From: Phoronis australis
Lineage: Eukaryota > Animalia > Phoronida
Assembly: GCA_002633005.1 (NCBI GenBank)
Contig: NMRA01001019.1
Location: forward strand, 5,419-69,418
Direction: 5' to 3'
Length of the DNA stretch: 64,000 nucleotides
Shown one piece after another: positions 12,180-25,830 of the stretch. The notes beneath the pieces were generated by a model. The model saw only the letters and a program-made list of their open reading frames with translations, was not told the origin of the DNA and did not search any database. The position numbers and the translations under genes were made by a program. Within the stretch, counting starts at the first letter, position 1, and each line of letters begins with the position of its first letter.

Positions 12180-14399
12180 TATATCCCAGTGGCAGACCTT
12201 TTAGTATCACTGTATTGGGTACGATCAGAAGCTAAGGTCGCTTGAAAAAAAAACAACGAAGACAGAAACACTCTGTTTGTTTAGCGGATGTCTGTTGTCA
12301 CATATCGCAAAAAATCTTGTACACAGCCAATGTAGCGCACACTTTATGTTTATGGCCCCAGGTTTATTGAACCGTGTATGACCTTTTGTCATCTGAGCTC
12401 ACTGAGCTGGTTCAGTTTGCACAACATTAATTGCATTCAGAGAACTACTTTTTCAGGTCAAGAGGTCATTCACAACTGTGGCTATTATGGTAGAACAAAT
12501 AACAATATGGAACAGAGCAACTCATTGTGATGCATTTTGATAAATAAGCTTACCAGGAAGCATGTGCTTTATTGTACAAAAAATTACAGAATTGAACCCA
12601 GAATATATACATTTATATTCTATGAAAGTAGATACACAGTACAATTTGATTTCGCACTTAAGACATTAACTAAAATTTAGCAAAAACGATGTTTTGGGAA
12701 AAGCATTACCAACATGGCCACATTTTATTTAGCATAAACATTCACGAAGAATTCTCAAAAACGCTATTACACAGTTTTCCAAATTTGGCTTATTTTTTGC
12801 AGCTTTTAAGATGAAATTCATTTTATCATAAAGAAGTCTCATTTTTCATGGTATCTTATGCACAACAACGTTTAAAAATCGGTAGTCTACAGATAGCAAA
12901 GAATCTGAAAACTTTATTTGAATTTGTTTAGCTGTTTTTGAGATGCATGTTGACCAAATGTTTTCGTCACTCATAACGAAATTCGAAATAAAGGCAAATA
13001 TTGAAGTATCTACACCATGAACTATTGAAATGATAAATGACAAAAATTTGACATTCGATTGCCAATTACAAAAAGCACACAAGATTGCTAGTTTTAAAAT
13101 CTTTTATTTAAAATATAACGTTTTTACAAAGATAACATAATAATTCTTGGGCAAGTGAGAATATGTTTACTTATAAATACTGAATCACCACCTTTATCAA
13201 TGACTGACACAAGATGCACGCAATGATACATAGGTGTTATACTGATAAACAAAATAAATTACAGGAAGAGTTGAAAATTAACACTTAATCTAGAAACTTA
13301 TTCAATATCTATGAAAGAAAAATAAAATATCTACACAAAACTATAAAGCACAAATATATGACAAAACACCTATAGTTTCTCTACAATAATAAACACAAAA
13401 TGTGACATAAAATACATATTTACAACACTTGGTAAACCAGCAGCTAGGCTCCAAGTAAAAACACCCACGTCAGCACCCTATCATATGGAAAAACATCTTT
13501 GAAAACAATAAATATGCAGACAAGCTTCATGTTAGCATCTTGACATAACTATATACACATGGCACAATCACTTCCAGTAATTGTCACAAAATCCACGTAT
13601 AAATTAAATAACATGCGCTCTCAAACTTACAGTATTTTCTCAGAAATATGGAAAATACAGCTATTAATGAAAGTTTTTATCTTGGAACATAACAAGCTCT
13701 CTTTTTTCCATGGAGTAATTCTGTGCCAAGACTTAAAATGGTAATCACTTCATAAAAACTGAGTTAATACTCGAAAGTCTGAGTGCAAGCTTTTGAAAAG
13801 ATTGAATAACAAGTTTGTCAACAAGTTTTGATTTCACATTTTGCGATGAATGATGCAGTATTTTTGTTTCTCAGTATTAGGCAATTTGTAGTTTAGTAAT
13901 TTTCCATAAGTTGGCGACTTTCTTCAAAGCTTGTTTTTTTGGTCACATTTTGCAATGAGTGGCGCATCTTTGCCTGCATCTGAGATACACCTTTGTAACC
14001 CTATAAGATTTTTTCTTTCTCTTAGCATTCAGTCTATTGATAAAGTGCCGGGAGCGACTGAAGTGCCTTTTTGCAAGGATGGCTCCTTTGAAATAGTCCT
14101 GTTCAGATCAGGGAAGCATATAGAGTAGTCAAGACAAAGGCTTTACTTTTTTCGCCATAATGGAGTCAAAAATGAATTGATATGAAATAACATCATAACC
14201 ATAACGGAGAGCCTGTTTAAATGCTGAAGGATATTTCCTTTAAAATATTGTTGTACACAATTGTGAATTTTTAGTTGACCTTCCTTTGATAAGAGAAGGT
14301 AGCTTTTTCCGAGATTTACAATGCGTGTTTCTTGGTGATCGCGCACCTGTCACACGATCCCATGAAGAAGGCTTCTTTACGAGTGCGACTGCATAGTAC

Positions 14400-16060
14400 A
14401 AACATATTTTGGAATATTTGAGGTAGGGCAGAATCCCCTATAAAAATGGTCGAATGTGAGTATATTTTTCACAATCAAGAATGAAATGAACTTCATCTTC
14501 AATTCCGTTTTTACAAACATGACAAATCCGTTCATTCACAGAAATTCGGAAGTATTGCACCACCTCAACCTCTAATGGTAGAATACCTGCTCTCAATCGA
14601 GCTATGACGGACCTCTGAGACATCGGCAGACGTAAATACTCTTCTACACAACAGTCATTCCTAACAGACATATATAAGGAGAGTTTTGGTTTCTCAGTGA
14701 TTATTTTTAACCAGTTTAACTTTTCTAATTGGAACCTGAATGTTTTGAAGTTTTCGAGAGGCACAATTTTTTTGTTCCTGAAATTTTCTAAAACATGGCA
14801 TTTCTCCATCCATAATTTTAAATATTGAACTTGACCAATTGCAGGAGTTCCGATGCTTAAGATCCCATAAAAAGACTTTTTTGCAATTCTGCTTTCATCC
14901 ATTAGAACTAAGCGATTCCAGAACCTTAGCATATTTTCATGTTGTTTGTAGTGTGAATTTGGCCAACCTTGAGTCACCATAAAGTACTGCATTGGCAGCA
15001 TACTTGTGGACCCCTAAAAATACATGTAGTGCTCTCGTTCTCAACATTTCGCATTTGGAGTATTGAGAGTACCCCCAAATTCCAGATCCATATTCTAGAA
15101 TTGAAGCTACGGACATTTCAAAACATTTACTGTAACAGTTGAAACCCATGTTACCAATATGTTTGTACTTGCTCACCAGAGTTCCCAACGCTCTGGACGC
15201 GGATTCTGCCAGTATCTCAGCTGTCAAACTGAAATCCATAAACTCATCCAGAATTACACCCAGATACTTATAAAATTCTCTTAAATTCACAATGTGATCG
15301 CACAAAATTAATTCAAAACTCGTTCTTACATGTCTCCCCTTGCGAAAATGAACCACATCAGTCTTGGAAAAATTAACAGACATTTGCCACCTTGCACAAC
15401 AATTATTTTATACGTTCAATAAATCCTGTAAATAGGTTTCATTACCAGAAAAAATCACAATGTCATCTGCATACAAGAGACAGGATAAATTACATCCATC
15501 AAAATTGACACCTTTGCAACAACTGTTCAAATCATTTATCAAATCATTTATGAAACAATGTAGGCGACAAGGGATCTCCCTGCCAGAACCCTCTTTGTAC
15601 TGGGAACCAGTTGGTATAACTTGACTGAACTAATTGTACACAGGCTTCTGTCTGCGCATACAACAATTTTACTGAGTGATAGAATTTTCCAACCACTCCT
15701 AAATTAATTAATTTTTTCGATAAAAAGTTTCTATTTACATTGTCAAAAGCCCGTTCCATATCGACGAATATCACAAACGTTGGTCTATTACCAGCTATTC
15801 TATTTCTAACAATAGACGTGAGTGTAAACACGTGGTCAAGACAAGACCTCCCCCAGTTGAAAACCATTTTGTTCTTCATTCAGTTTGTGCTCGACATTCA
15901 GAAACTCGGTTAATCTCCTGTTTAGTACAGTACAATACACTTTGCTCAGGGTGGACAGCAGACTTATGCCTCTACAGTTGGACAGTGAATTCACATCTCT
16001 ATCTGATCCTTTCGGTATAGGGGTGATAATCGCTTTTTATCCCATACACGTTGAATTTGT
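14400..16060 (-). mobile_element. Degenerate L2/CR1-group LINE, RT plus C-terminal CCHC region
   Basis: Frameshifted ORFs contain FVDMERAFD, QGDPLSPTLF, LYADD, YKYLGV and RLRAGILPLEVE..ERIC..C...EDEVHF..C. Confidence 0.9.
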
Positions 16061-16926
16061 CGAGGGAAATACGGCCATGTAATAAAGTTTTCCGTTTCAC
16101 CTCCCACACTACTTCAACAGTGACCTCTGACATGGAAAGTTCAAAAGGTAGGTCAATGTCGACTCGACGCCCTCAGCCGGTTCGATACTCAAACTTTCCG
16201 AATATAGTTTAAAGTAATACAGTTGCAGCAGTGTAACTAACACTCGACATACAAACAGGCCCTAAACGTAAAATCTGGAACAAAACTGTTAATTATAAGA
16301 CACTTATGTCTCAGTTTTCAATTGCTGAATACTATATCGTCTGCAACTCAGGCGCCGATTCCTAGGAAACTAAAATATCAAATATTGTTGTCTTTTAACT
16401 AGTTCCAGGAGATGTTACAAGTTCACTGCACAGTTGCCGTTGTTTTCATCTTTGTTACCTCTTTTAAGAAATAATTCGTTACTTTTAAAAGTGTTTATTT
16501 TACAAGAGAAAACTTGCAACCTAACGCGCAAGTACATACATATAGGATGTGATCCGCCATGTGAACAGTTAGGGTGAAGTGTTTGAAAAATCTGCCGAAA
16601 AAATGTAAAAGCGTAGGAATTCGAAGCGCACAGGATAAATACGATTCCGGTCTCGGTCGGTACGCGGAATAATGTCTCGTGGGATATTACTTCATGTACG
16701 CCACTCTCGGTACGTTTTGTGTATATACCATAATGATGAAATAAATCCAGTGTCAAAGACCTTCTGACAGAGCGAGACCAAAATATTAACCATCTTTGGA
16801 GATCTCAGCACTTCGTATGGGATCCCTTCTATACCAGTGGCCTTACCCGATTATAGGAAGACTACCCATATCTCTTGTGACATTTTATTAATGAAAAACT
16901 GGAAGAAACGGAACAGTTATAAAGTT

Positions 16927-18070
16927 GTTATCCCCCGTTATCTAGAGCCCGAGTGGATTTTGGTGAATTATCGCCCGAGGGTGATAATTCTCCAAAATCC
17001 ACGAGGGCTCTAGATAAGGAGGATAACGGCTGAGAACATGTAATAATCTATTCATACCACATACTAAACGAGAAACATTGCAATGAATCGATTTACCTTT
17101 TCTGACTCTCCACGGCTTTGTAAATACTTTCTATGTCAGAGGCCCGGGGTCGGAGGTCTTGACCTTTTAAGAAAAACCGGCCTATTTTTGTCAAATAATG
17201 CTTTTACTCAAAGCCAATTGAAAACCTAAATATAATAGAAATAAATTGAATTTATAAATTAAGGTTTACCAACTATTATGGCTTAAAACACGTTTTTTCA
17301 CGCTAAGCTCCCACCGGGAAATTATCGTCTGCTAAAGTAGGTTACCACTGGTAACTGAATATAATCCTCAAGTCAAAGATCCTGACGACACGATACCCGC
17401 ATTCAAACTGGAGATCGGTGATTTAAACGTAAGAGGACATGAGAGAAAAAATTCATTGAATTAAGATATCATTTTTATGGAAATTATGCGTCATATTTTT
17501 CGTAGCGTATAAGTACAGTACAATGCGGTTTGTTGAACATGGGATTATTGCGCGTGCTCATTTAAGTATTCTATTTTCACTCTTGATGACGTCAGTCGCT
17601 GCATGGTGTAGTGGTAAAGTCTGCGACCAGCAATTGACCTATCGCAAGCTCCGCCCCTATGCGAAAAGTCACGTGATACCCGACATTCGAACGAGATGTC
17701 AGAGGCAAATACACTATCGCTAAACGACGTTCCTGGTGGAATCGATGAGTGTTTTTGCACTATTTGAAAACGCTTCGACAGAGACATGAGGCGATGCTTT
17801 TCAACAGAGAATCGTACGTTCATGATATGGGAATTTGTAAAGGTGACGATGAAAAAATGGCTCGAGGAGCCAGCGAAAATCCGAAGAACCCCTCTGCCTC
17901 GGGGCCACCTTCACCTAGCAAATGACAAGGCCACTGATACGATATGTTCATGTAAAGCTGGGTATGTACCTTCAAGTCGAATTATCTGTACGATTCCATA
18001 GATTTCATGATCTTTCTAATAAAATCAGTAAAGATTCACCGATATTTTTATTCTGTCGTCTGCTAAATTT
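16927..18070. mobile_element. Insertion starting with a 100 bp hairpin (resembles non-autonomous Crypton-type ends), truncated at N 18071
   Basis: Palindrome at 16927-17027 centred on GCCC-GA-GGGT; absent from the duplicate block at about 21120. Confidence 0.5.
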
Positions 18071-18071
18071 N

Positions 18072-21000
18072 AATAAACACAAAATGTGACATAAAATACA
18101 TATTTACAACACTTGGTAAACCAGCAGCTAGGCTCCAAGTAAAAACACCCACGTCAGCACCATATCAAATGAAAAAACATCTTTGAAAACAATAAACATG
18201 CAGACAAGCTTCATGTTAGCATCTTGACATAACTATATACACATGGCACAATCACTTCCAGTAATTGTCATAAAATCCACGTATAAATTAAATAACAGAT
18301 GCGCTCTCAAACTTACAGTATTTTCTCAGAAACAGGGAAAATGAAGTTACTTAATGAAAATTTTTATCTTGGAACATAACAAGCTGTTTTCTTTCCATGG
18401 AGTAATTCTGTGCCAGACTTAAAATGGTAATCCATTCATAAAAACTGAGTTTATACTCGAAAGTCTGATTGCAAGCTTTTGAAAAGATTGAACAAAAGGT
18501 TTGTCAACAAGTTTTGATTTCACATTTTGCGATGAATGATGCAGTATTTTTGTTTCACAGTATTAGGCAATTTGTGGTTTAGTAATTTTTCATAAGTTGG
18601 CGACTTTCTTCAAAGCTTGGTTTTTTGGTCACATTTTGCAATGAATGGCGCATCTTTGCCTACATCTGAGATACACTGGAAGATGTTCTCACCTTTGTAA
18701 CCCTATAAGATTTTTTTTCTTTCTCTTAGCATTCAGTCTATTGATAAAGTGCCGGGACCGATTGAAGTGTCTTTTTACAAGAATGTCTCCTTTGAAATAA
18801 TCCTGTTCAGATCAGGGAAGCATATAGAGTAGTCAAGACAAAGGCTTTACTTTTTTCGCCATAATGGAGTCAAAAATGAATTGATATGAAATAACATCAT
18901 AACCATAACGGAGAGCCTGATTAATTGCTGAAGGACATTTCCTTTAAAATTTTGTTGTACAAAATTGTGAATTTTTAGTTGACCTTCCTTTGATAAGAGA
19001 AGGTAGCTTTTTCCGAGATTTGCAATGCGTTTTTCTTGGTGATCGCGCACCTGTCACAAGATCCCATGAAGAAGGCTTCTTTATGAGTCCGACTGCATAT
19101 TACAAACACAGCCCATAGCCGGGTCCAGGGGGGTCAAGGGGGTCCTGACCCCCCTTTTACTTGATTTTAATGAAACCAAATCTAGAATTTTCAAATTGTT
19201 GAGTTGGGCCCCCTTTTTGAAAAATCCTTGATCTGACCCCCTTTTAAAAAACCCTGGATCTGCGCCTGACAAAAACAGTCAAGTATATTTTATTATTATT
19301 TATTTATTATAGTGACATAATTGTGCCAGTAAATACAATCTCAAAGATAGAATATTCACCACACACCCAGCTTCAATGGGCTTACTCAGTCACCTAATAA
19401 TAATTAAACCATTATTGTTTGTACTTGCTCACCAGAGCTCCCAACGCTCTGGACGCAGAGTCTGCCAGTATCTCAGCTGTCAAACTGAAATCCATAAACT
19501 CATTCAGAGTTACACCTAGATACTTATAAAATTCTCTTAAATTCACAATGTGATCGCACAAAATGAATTCAAAACTCGTTCTTACATGTCCCCCCTTGCG
19601 AAAATGAACCTCATCAGTCTTGGCAAAATTAACAGACATTTGCCACCTTGCACACCAATTATTTAACATGTTCAGTAAATCCGGTAAATAGGTTTCATTA
19701 CCAGAAAAAATCATAATGTCATCTGCATACAACAGACAGGATAAATTACATCCATCAAAATTGACACCTTTGCAACAACTGTTCAAATCATTAATCAAAT
19801 CATTTATGAAACGATGTAGGCGACAAGGAATCTCCCTGCCAGACCCCTCTTTGTACTGGGAACCAGTTGGTATAACTTGACTGATCTAATTGTACCCAGG
19901 CTTCTGACTGCGAATACAACAATTTTACCGAGTGATAGAATTTTCCAACCACTCCGAAATTAATTAATTTTTGCGATAAAAAGTTTCTATTTAAATTGTC
20001 AAAAGCCCGTTCCATATCGACGAATATCACAAACGTTGGTCTATTACCAGCTATTTTATTTCTAACAATAGACGTGCGTGTAAACACGTGGTCAAGGCAA
20101 GACCTCCCCCAGTCGAAAACCATTTCGTTCTTCATTCAGTTTGTGCTCGACATTCAGAAACTCTGTTAATCTCCTGTTTAGTACAGTAAAATACACTTTG
20201 CTCACGGGGAAGAGCAGACTTATGCCTCTACAGTTGGACAGTAAATTCACATCTCTATCTGATCCTTTCGTTATAGGGGTGATAATCGCTTTTTATCCCA
20301 TACACGTTTAATTTTTCGAGGGAAATACGGCCATGTAATAAAGTTTTCCGTATTCACCTCCCGCACTACTTCAACTGTGACCTCTGACATGGAAAGTTCA
20401 AAAGGTAGGTCAATGTCGACTCGACGTCTTCAGCCGGTTCGATACTCAAACTTACCGAATATAGTTTAAAGTAAAACAGTTGCAGCAGTGTAACTAACAC
20501 TCGACATACAACCAGGCCCTAAACGTAAAATCTGGAACAAAACTGTTAATTATAAGACACTTATGTCTCAGTTTTCAAATACTGAATACTATATCGTCTG
20601 CAACTCAGGCGCCGATTCCTAGGAAACTAAAATATCAAATATTGTTGTCTTTTAAGTAGTTCCAGGAGATGTTACAAGTTCACTGCACAGTTGCCGTTGT
20701 TTTCATCTTTGTTACCTCTTTCAAGAAATAATTCGTTACTTTTAAAACTGTTTATTTTACAAGAGAAAACTTGCAACCTAACGCGCAAGTACATAAATAT
20801 AGGATGTGATCCGCCATGTGAACAGTTAGGGTGAAGTATTTGAAAGATCTGCCAAAAAAAAATGTAAAAACTTAGGAATTTGAAGCGCATAGGATAAATA
20901 CGAATCCGGTCTCGGTCGATACGCAGAATAATGTCTCGTGGGATATTACTTCATGTACGCCACTCTCGGTACCATAATGATGAAATAAATCCAGTGTCAA

Positions 21001-21124
21001 AGACCTTCTGACAGAGCGAGACCAAAATATTAACCATCCACCATTAAGAAGACTACCCATATCTCTTGTGACTTTTTATTAATGAAAAACTGGAAGAAAC
21101 GGAACAGTTATAATTGTTGTTATT
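18072..21124 (+). repeat. Near-identical duplicate of 13388-16930 (probable uncollapsed haplotype)
   Basis: Starts immediately after N 18071; collinear, with a few percent substitutions and indels. Confidence 0.9.
19414..20290 (-). mobile_element. Duplicate of the L2/CR1-group LINE RT fragment
   Basis: LLYADD, QGDSLSP and YKYLGV motifs; the 3' part is replaced by a small G-rich element at about 19110-19413. Confidence 0.88.
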
Positions 21125-22604
21125 GCAGTTGATTCAAGCATATCTTATTTACACATAAAATTAGGAAATAGGAATGTGGATCTTCTGTATTTATCGCAAA
21201 TCAAAGTTATTTCCTAAAATATGAGATAGGTGCCTGTCCAAAACCAGACACTGCCATATTGAATGTAATTGATTCGTGTAATGCCTTTTGTTGGATTTGG
21301 TAAACATCATCAAATTGAACCAAAAAGCACTAAAGAGTCTTGAACGTGAACATTTCAATTTTCAGTTATGTTTTTCTGTCTAGTGCCATCCATGTAGCAT
21401 TTAGAAAATTTGGTGCAAACACTCTTGTTCACCGTGCTGGCTAATGTCTTGAATATTAACCCCACAGAACTCACTTTTGCATTATATCCACTATTAGGTC
21501 ACTAATTGCACAGTGCAGTGGTACACACAAGCAATACAAAGCCTCCGTCGAGATGTTGATGTAGCCTTGTGATATACATGTAGCACACTCACGAGATAAA
21601 TTTCCCCGCGCATTTTTGAATTTTGCTAATTTTAACGCAATTCGAGATAATCAATGAGCACAAACAATTCCAAAGTTCATTAAACATCAAATTTTAACAC
21701 TTTTAACATGAAACTGACATCTCCGCGCATGATCGCATTAGTTTAATACTGCTGTCATTCCTAAATACGATAGACGTGTTCTCCGCACAAAACGAAAATT
21801 CTTCCAAGGTGACATTGCTTAACTAATGGAGCAACTGAGTTAGACAGTATCTAAACTTCAAAAAGCTAAAACGTAGTGAATGAAATTCCACTACACAGAA
21901 TCAAAAGCTTTATCAAAGTCTGCCAACACTTATGAACCTGGAATGTTATGGGTGCCCGTGTAGTTCATGTTTTTTAATATTTATTCAATATTGGATGTGA
22001 CCGGGAGCCACCATCGCTGGCAAACAAAACGAAGTTCTTTTCCAAATTATCTGGTCAAAACAATTTGCGAAAATGAAATTTAATATGCAATTAAAATACA
22101 GCCATTGATATTGCCTTTAGTACAGTTTAAACTGATTAAAATCATTTTCTCAGTAAATTTGTTTTGTATCTTATCGCCTATTTTTTCCAAAGCAAAATTA
22201 TCTAAAATCAAAATTAAGTTAAACATGTCGAACGCTGGGTAATGAACCCTGGAGCTTTCAAATGATGTGTTTATTTTTGACGCAACAAAACTTTTGGAAT
22301 TCGGGACTGGTCCGATAAGGATATTCTTCGTATAATTGTCCTAGTACTCACCATGCAAGAACTTCAAGTTCGACACCCTTCGAGGCTTCATTTTCTAAAC
22401 ACCAGTCAACGTTTGAGCTCCGCAACGGTACAGACTTCAAACATCTAGTGTGACATTTCCTGTAACGTCTGTGGCTGTCAGATTTTCTTTGATTATCTTT
22501 CTTGATTCAGTTCACGCACTGCAGACATTTTACTCGTTAAGTGGATCAATCCCAGCACGCAACGCTTCAACTGTTCCCTGATATGTCCACTATTTTGTGC
22601 TCAC

Positions 22605-22890
22605 GTACATGCATACATTCATGCAAACGTACATACGTACACACCTGTATTTTTATATACATATATTCATACATTCATGCACACACGCGCGCGCGCGCGC
22701 GCACACACACACACACGCACACACACATACACGCGCGCATACATACATTCATACATACATATGTGCATAGAGCTACACATACATACATGCAAACTTACAT
22801 GCATACATACAATCTTACATACATTCATACATACATACATCAATATTGATACATCGGACTATATTCACACATACATTCATACAAATATAT
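22605..22890. repeat. Compound microsatellite (CATA)n/(CG)n/(CA)n
   Basis: Directly visible. Confidence 0.9.
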
Positions 22891-23103
22891 ACTGGCCTAT
22901 TCATCTTTAGACTTGATTTTGCAAGCTCACTTTTACAGGTGGAATCATTTCTGTGCTAATAGTGTTAGCTACCCCAAGAAGAACGCCCTCCTTGATCCTG
23001 TAAACTATAACAAACCGTGGATTTAGTGTGAACGTTTTCTTCAGTCTTCCGTCCGCGAAACGTCAGATATTTTTCCTCATGTATATGGTTTGTTTACCAA
23101 TAG

Positions 23104-23267
23104 GATTCACGGTGTCTGCGTAAAAGTTTCCTCCTCAGTAACCTATGAATTGATGGACCGCGGCTTGACAAATGCTGAATTAACAGGCGTCACTGCCCGT
23201 GAATTGGTCGACTTGATAGACGGACACATTGGGGCAGGTTATCAAGTAACGACCGAGGAAGAACTTG
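23104..23267 (+). CDS. Gene 1 exon 7 (IHGVCVKV...LVDLIDGHIGAGYQVTTEEEL)
   Basis: aatag acceptor, G|GTAAGT donor; DG..G.GY...TEEEL motif; phase 2 to phase 1 fits the neighbouring exons. Confidence 0.92.
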
Positions 23268-25830
23268 GTAAGTAGTATTGTCGAAGGGCTATATTGTCAC
23301 AAACCCAGAGTCGTAGGAAGCTTAAAGAGGTACACTACTTGCAATAATTCTCAGTCAGGGATGAAACCTTGATGGCGACTTGGAGCGTTTATGAAGACCA
23401 AAGCCAACAATGGTGGTGAGTGGGGACATTTGTCTGTTCTTCCCAAAAAATCTTACCTTCCCACTGCCCTGGAACCCAACAATGAATTGCTCTATGCCTA
23501 GACGTAGGACGCGAGGGCAGCACCCCATTCCACTGGCAACCTTTAAATCCAACCGAGACATGGAACCTGTGGCCTTTACTTTAGTGTACGGAAATCGCGT
23601 ACTTGCTCACAAAAAATTACAGTTGGCCGAGAAGCACTGCAGCATGTTATTCAAATATAACCCCGTAGCCTCATAGTCGGAAACGTTGCATTTTATGCGC
23701 CCATGTATGTCTGTATGTGCGTGTGTACTTTGCGCCCCGCCAATAATTTTTGCCTTCCTACGGGCCTGTGTTGTGATATGTTATTTTACTATATGAGAAT
23801 TTAAGACAACTTGTGACGGACGGGCGTTCTATTTTATTCGGCTGCTAAAGTTGTGGTGCGATCTTTTACGTCGGCCCTCGGCGCCGTGAAATGTTGCGTC
23901 ACCTATTGGACAATTTCTTTTGTCACCATTTCCTCCATGAATTGTTCTTCCTCCAAGAGGGTGCGTACTTGTCACATCTAATCAATCAACAATGTCACTC
24001 GAAAGTCAAAATAATATTTTTGTTTTTTCATTTTGGAGTTATTTTTGGAAAAACTATTCAATGATCTGAAATTAACTAAAAATTCACCGAGATAACAACG
24101 TGTTGACAGTCTAGATTATGTTGAAATTCGACCACAGACAAGTTGTACGAGTTTTATAGATAAAAATCAAATAATAAAGTCAATATTATATAAGTTACGT
24201 TTTGTTGTTGACGGGTTTCCTGTCTGATCAATGGGGTTCCTGTTTTTAAGATCAGTGTTCGTGTTTTTTTTGGGCTGGTTATATGTTTTGAAGGTAGGGG
24301 AGCCTGTTTTCGACTCCAGGAAATCTGTTTTACACCGGGGTTCTTGTTTCGACGGAACACCCTGATTATGTTACGCGCAAGCTGTACTAGTGCAGACGTT
24401 CAGCTCATGTGAAGGCGTGCATGCATACGTCGGCCAGTCTCACCAATTCACATTCAGGAATATTTATCCGCTATGCACGTTTCATTTTCAACAAAGGTTT
24501 CTACCCTCTGACACAGAGCCACCTATACCGAAAAGTTGTCCTGGGGAAACATGATGAACGATGCATGGAATATCGTGTGTGAGCATCAATGCGCTAACCT
24601 TCAGTGGTCGGAAGTATACCGATCACAACGCCACCATTTGCACGCACCTTTATGCACTGTACTTGTTTGGGCTAAAGCCACTGGATCGGGATTCCCTTGA
24701 TTTTCTTTAAATAAATTACAACTTTTCAAGTCAAAGGTGGTCGCCATACTAAGTAACAGTAAGGGATTTCCAAAATTTCAACCAATGGGAATGACTGAAT
24801 GTTATGTTGTCGGTTTCATGACTTTAACCAATGAGAAGCCATGTTAAACAACATTCGACAGTGCTATCTTTCGTAGCACTGTGAAAGAGGTTTCAAGCTA
24901 TGTTTTACATTATTTTGGAGTTCAACGGAGTATAGTTTTCTTTGGCGTACAACATGTCAGGAATAAAATTTCGGTGCCGAGCTCTGCGTCTGTTTATAAC
25001 TTTAATAACAACTTCAAATCAAAAGAAAACATGTCAACCTACACAGAAAGTGGCACTGCTTTTAAGTGGCAGAAAACTAAGTGGGCTACTATCCCGTTCA
25101 CTATAAGCAAGCGGTTTTTTGCGTAAAAGAGACGTAAACACAGCTAGATGTGGCCATCGATTCACGTCCAACTTGCTAATGTTTATTTTAAAAAAAATGT
25201 GATTGAGCGTTGTCTTTATCCCTAGCCAATGTATTAGAGCGTTTTCAATGACTGCCAATCAGAAAATTGAAAATTCGAAAGAAAACATAAATGAAGCGAG
25301 ATTTTACATACGTTCCTTCACATCGCTCTCTTATAGTGACACCAGACTGAAATGTCTGTTCTGGAAACCACAGCGATCATGGTGTTTTGAACCTTCACAC
25401 CGTATCGGAGAATGGAACCCTTTGTCAAACAATGTTCTTGCTGTGCCAAAATAGTGTTGAGTGGACGCAATTTGTTCAATCGGACTTCAGAGGGCGCGCA
25501 TACATTGATGTAAGCTGAGAAATCAACGTTTCATTATTGTCTGCAGCGGGTAAAAGGCCGACCAGTCTTCGACAAACGTACGCCTTCTTGCAGGGTATAA
25601 ATTATAGGAACAACCCTTCCTTCGTACACTCCGTTATGACCTCTCCTTACAACAGTACATACACAATACAACATTTCCAGTTTTTAAATCGTCACGCTGC
25701 ATAGCGTTTGCAATAAGAGGCTGCGTTGGATTTGACATTGATATTGCCTTTGGCTAAAGCGACGGGCTTTATGGATAATACAGATTTTTCCCGGTGCTTC
25801 GCCATTTGGCACTGACAAGGTTTTCCTCAA

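Noticed and set aside
22541-22910. His/Thr-rich ORFs
   Set aside because: They are microsatellite translations.
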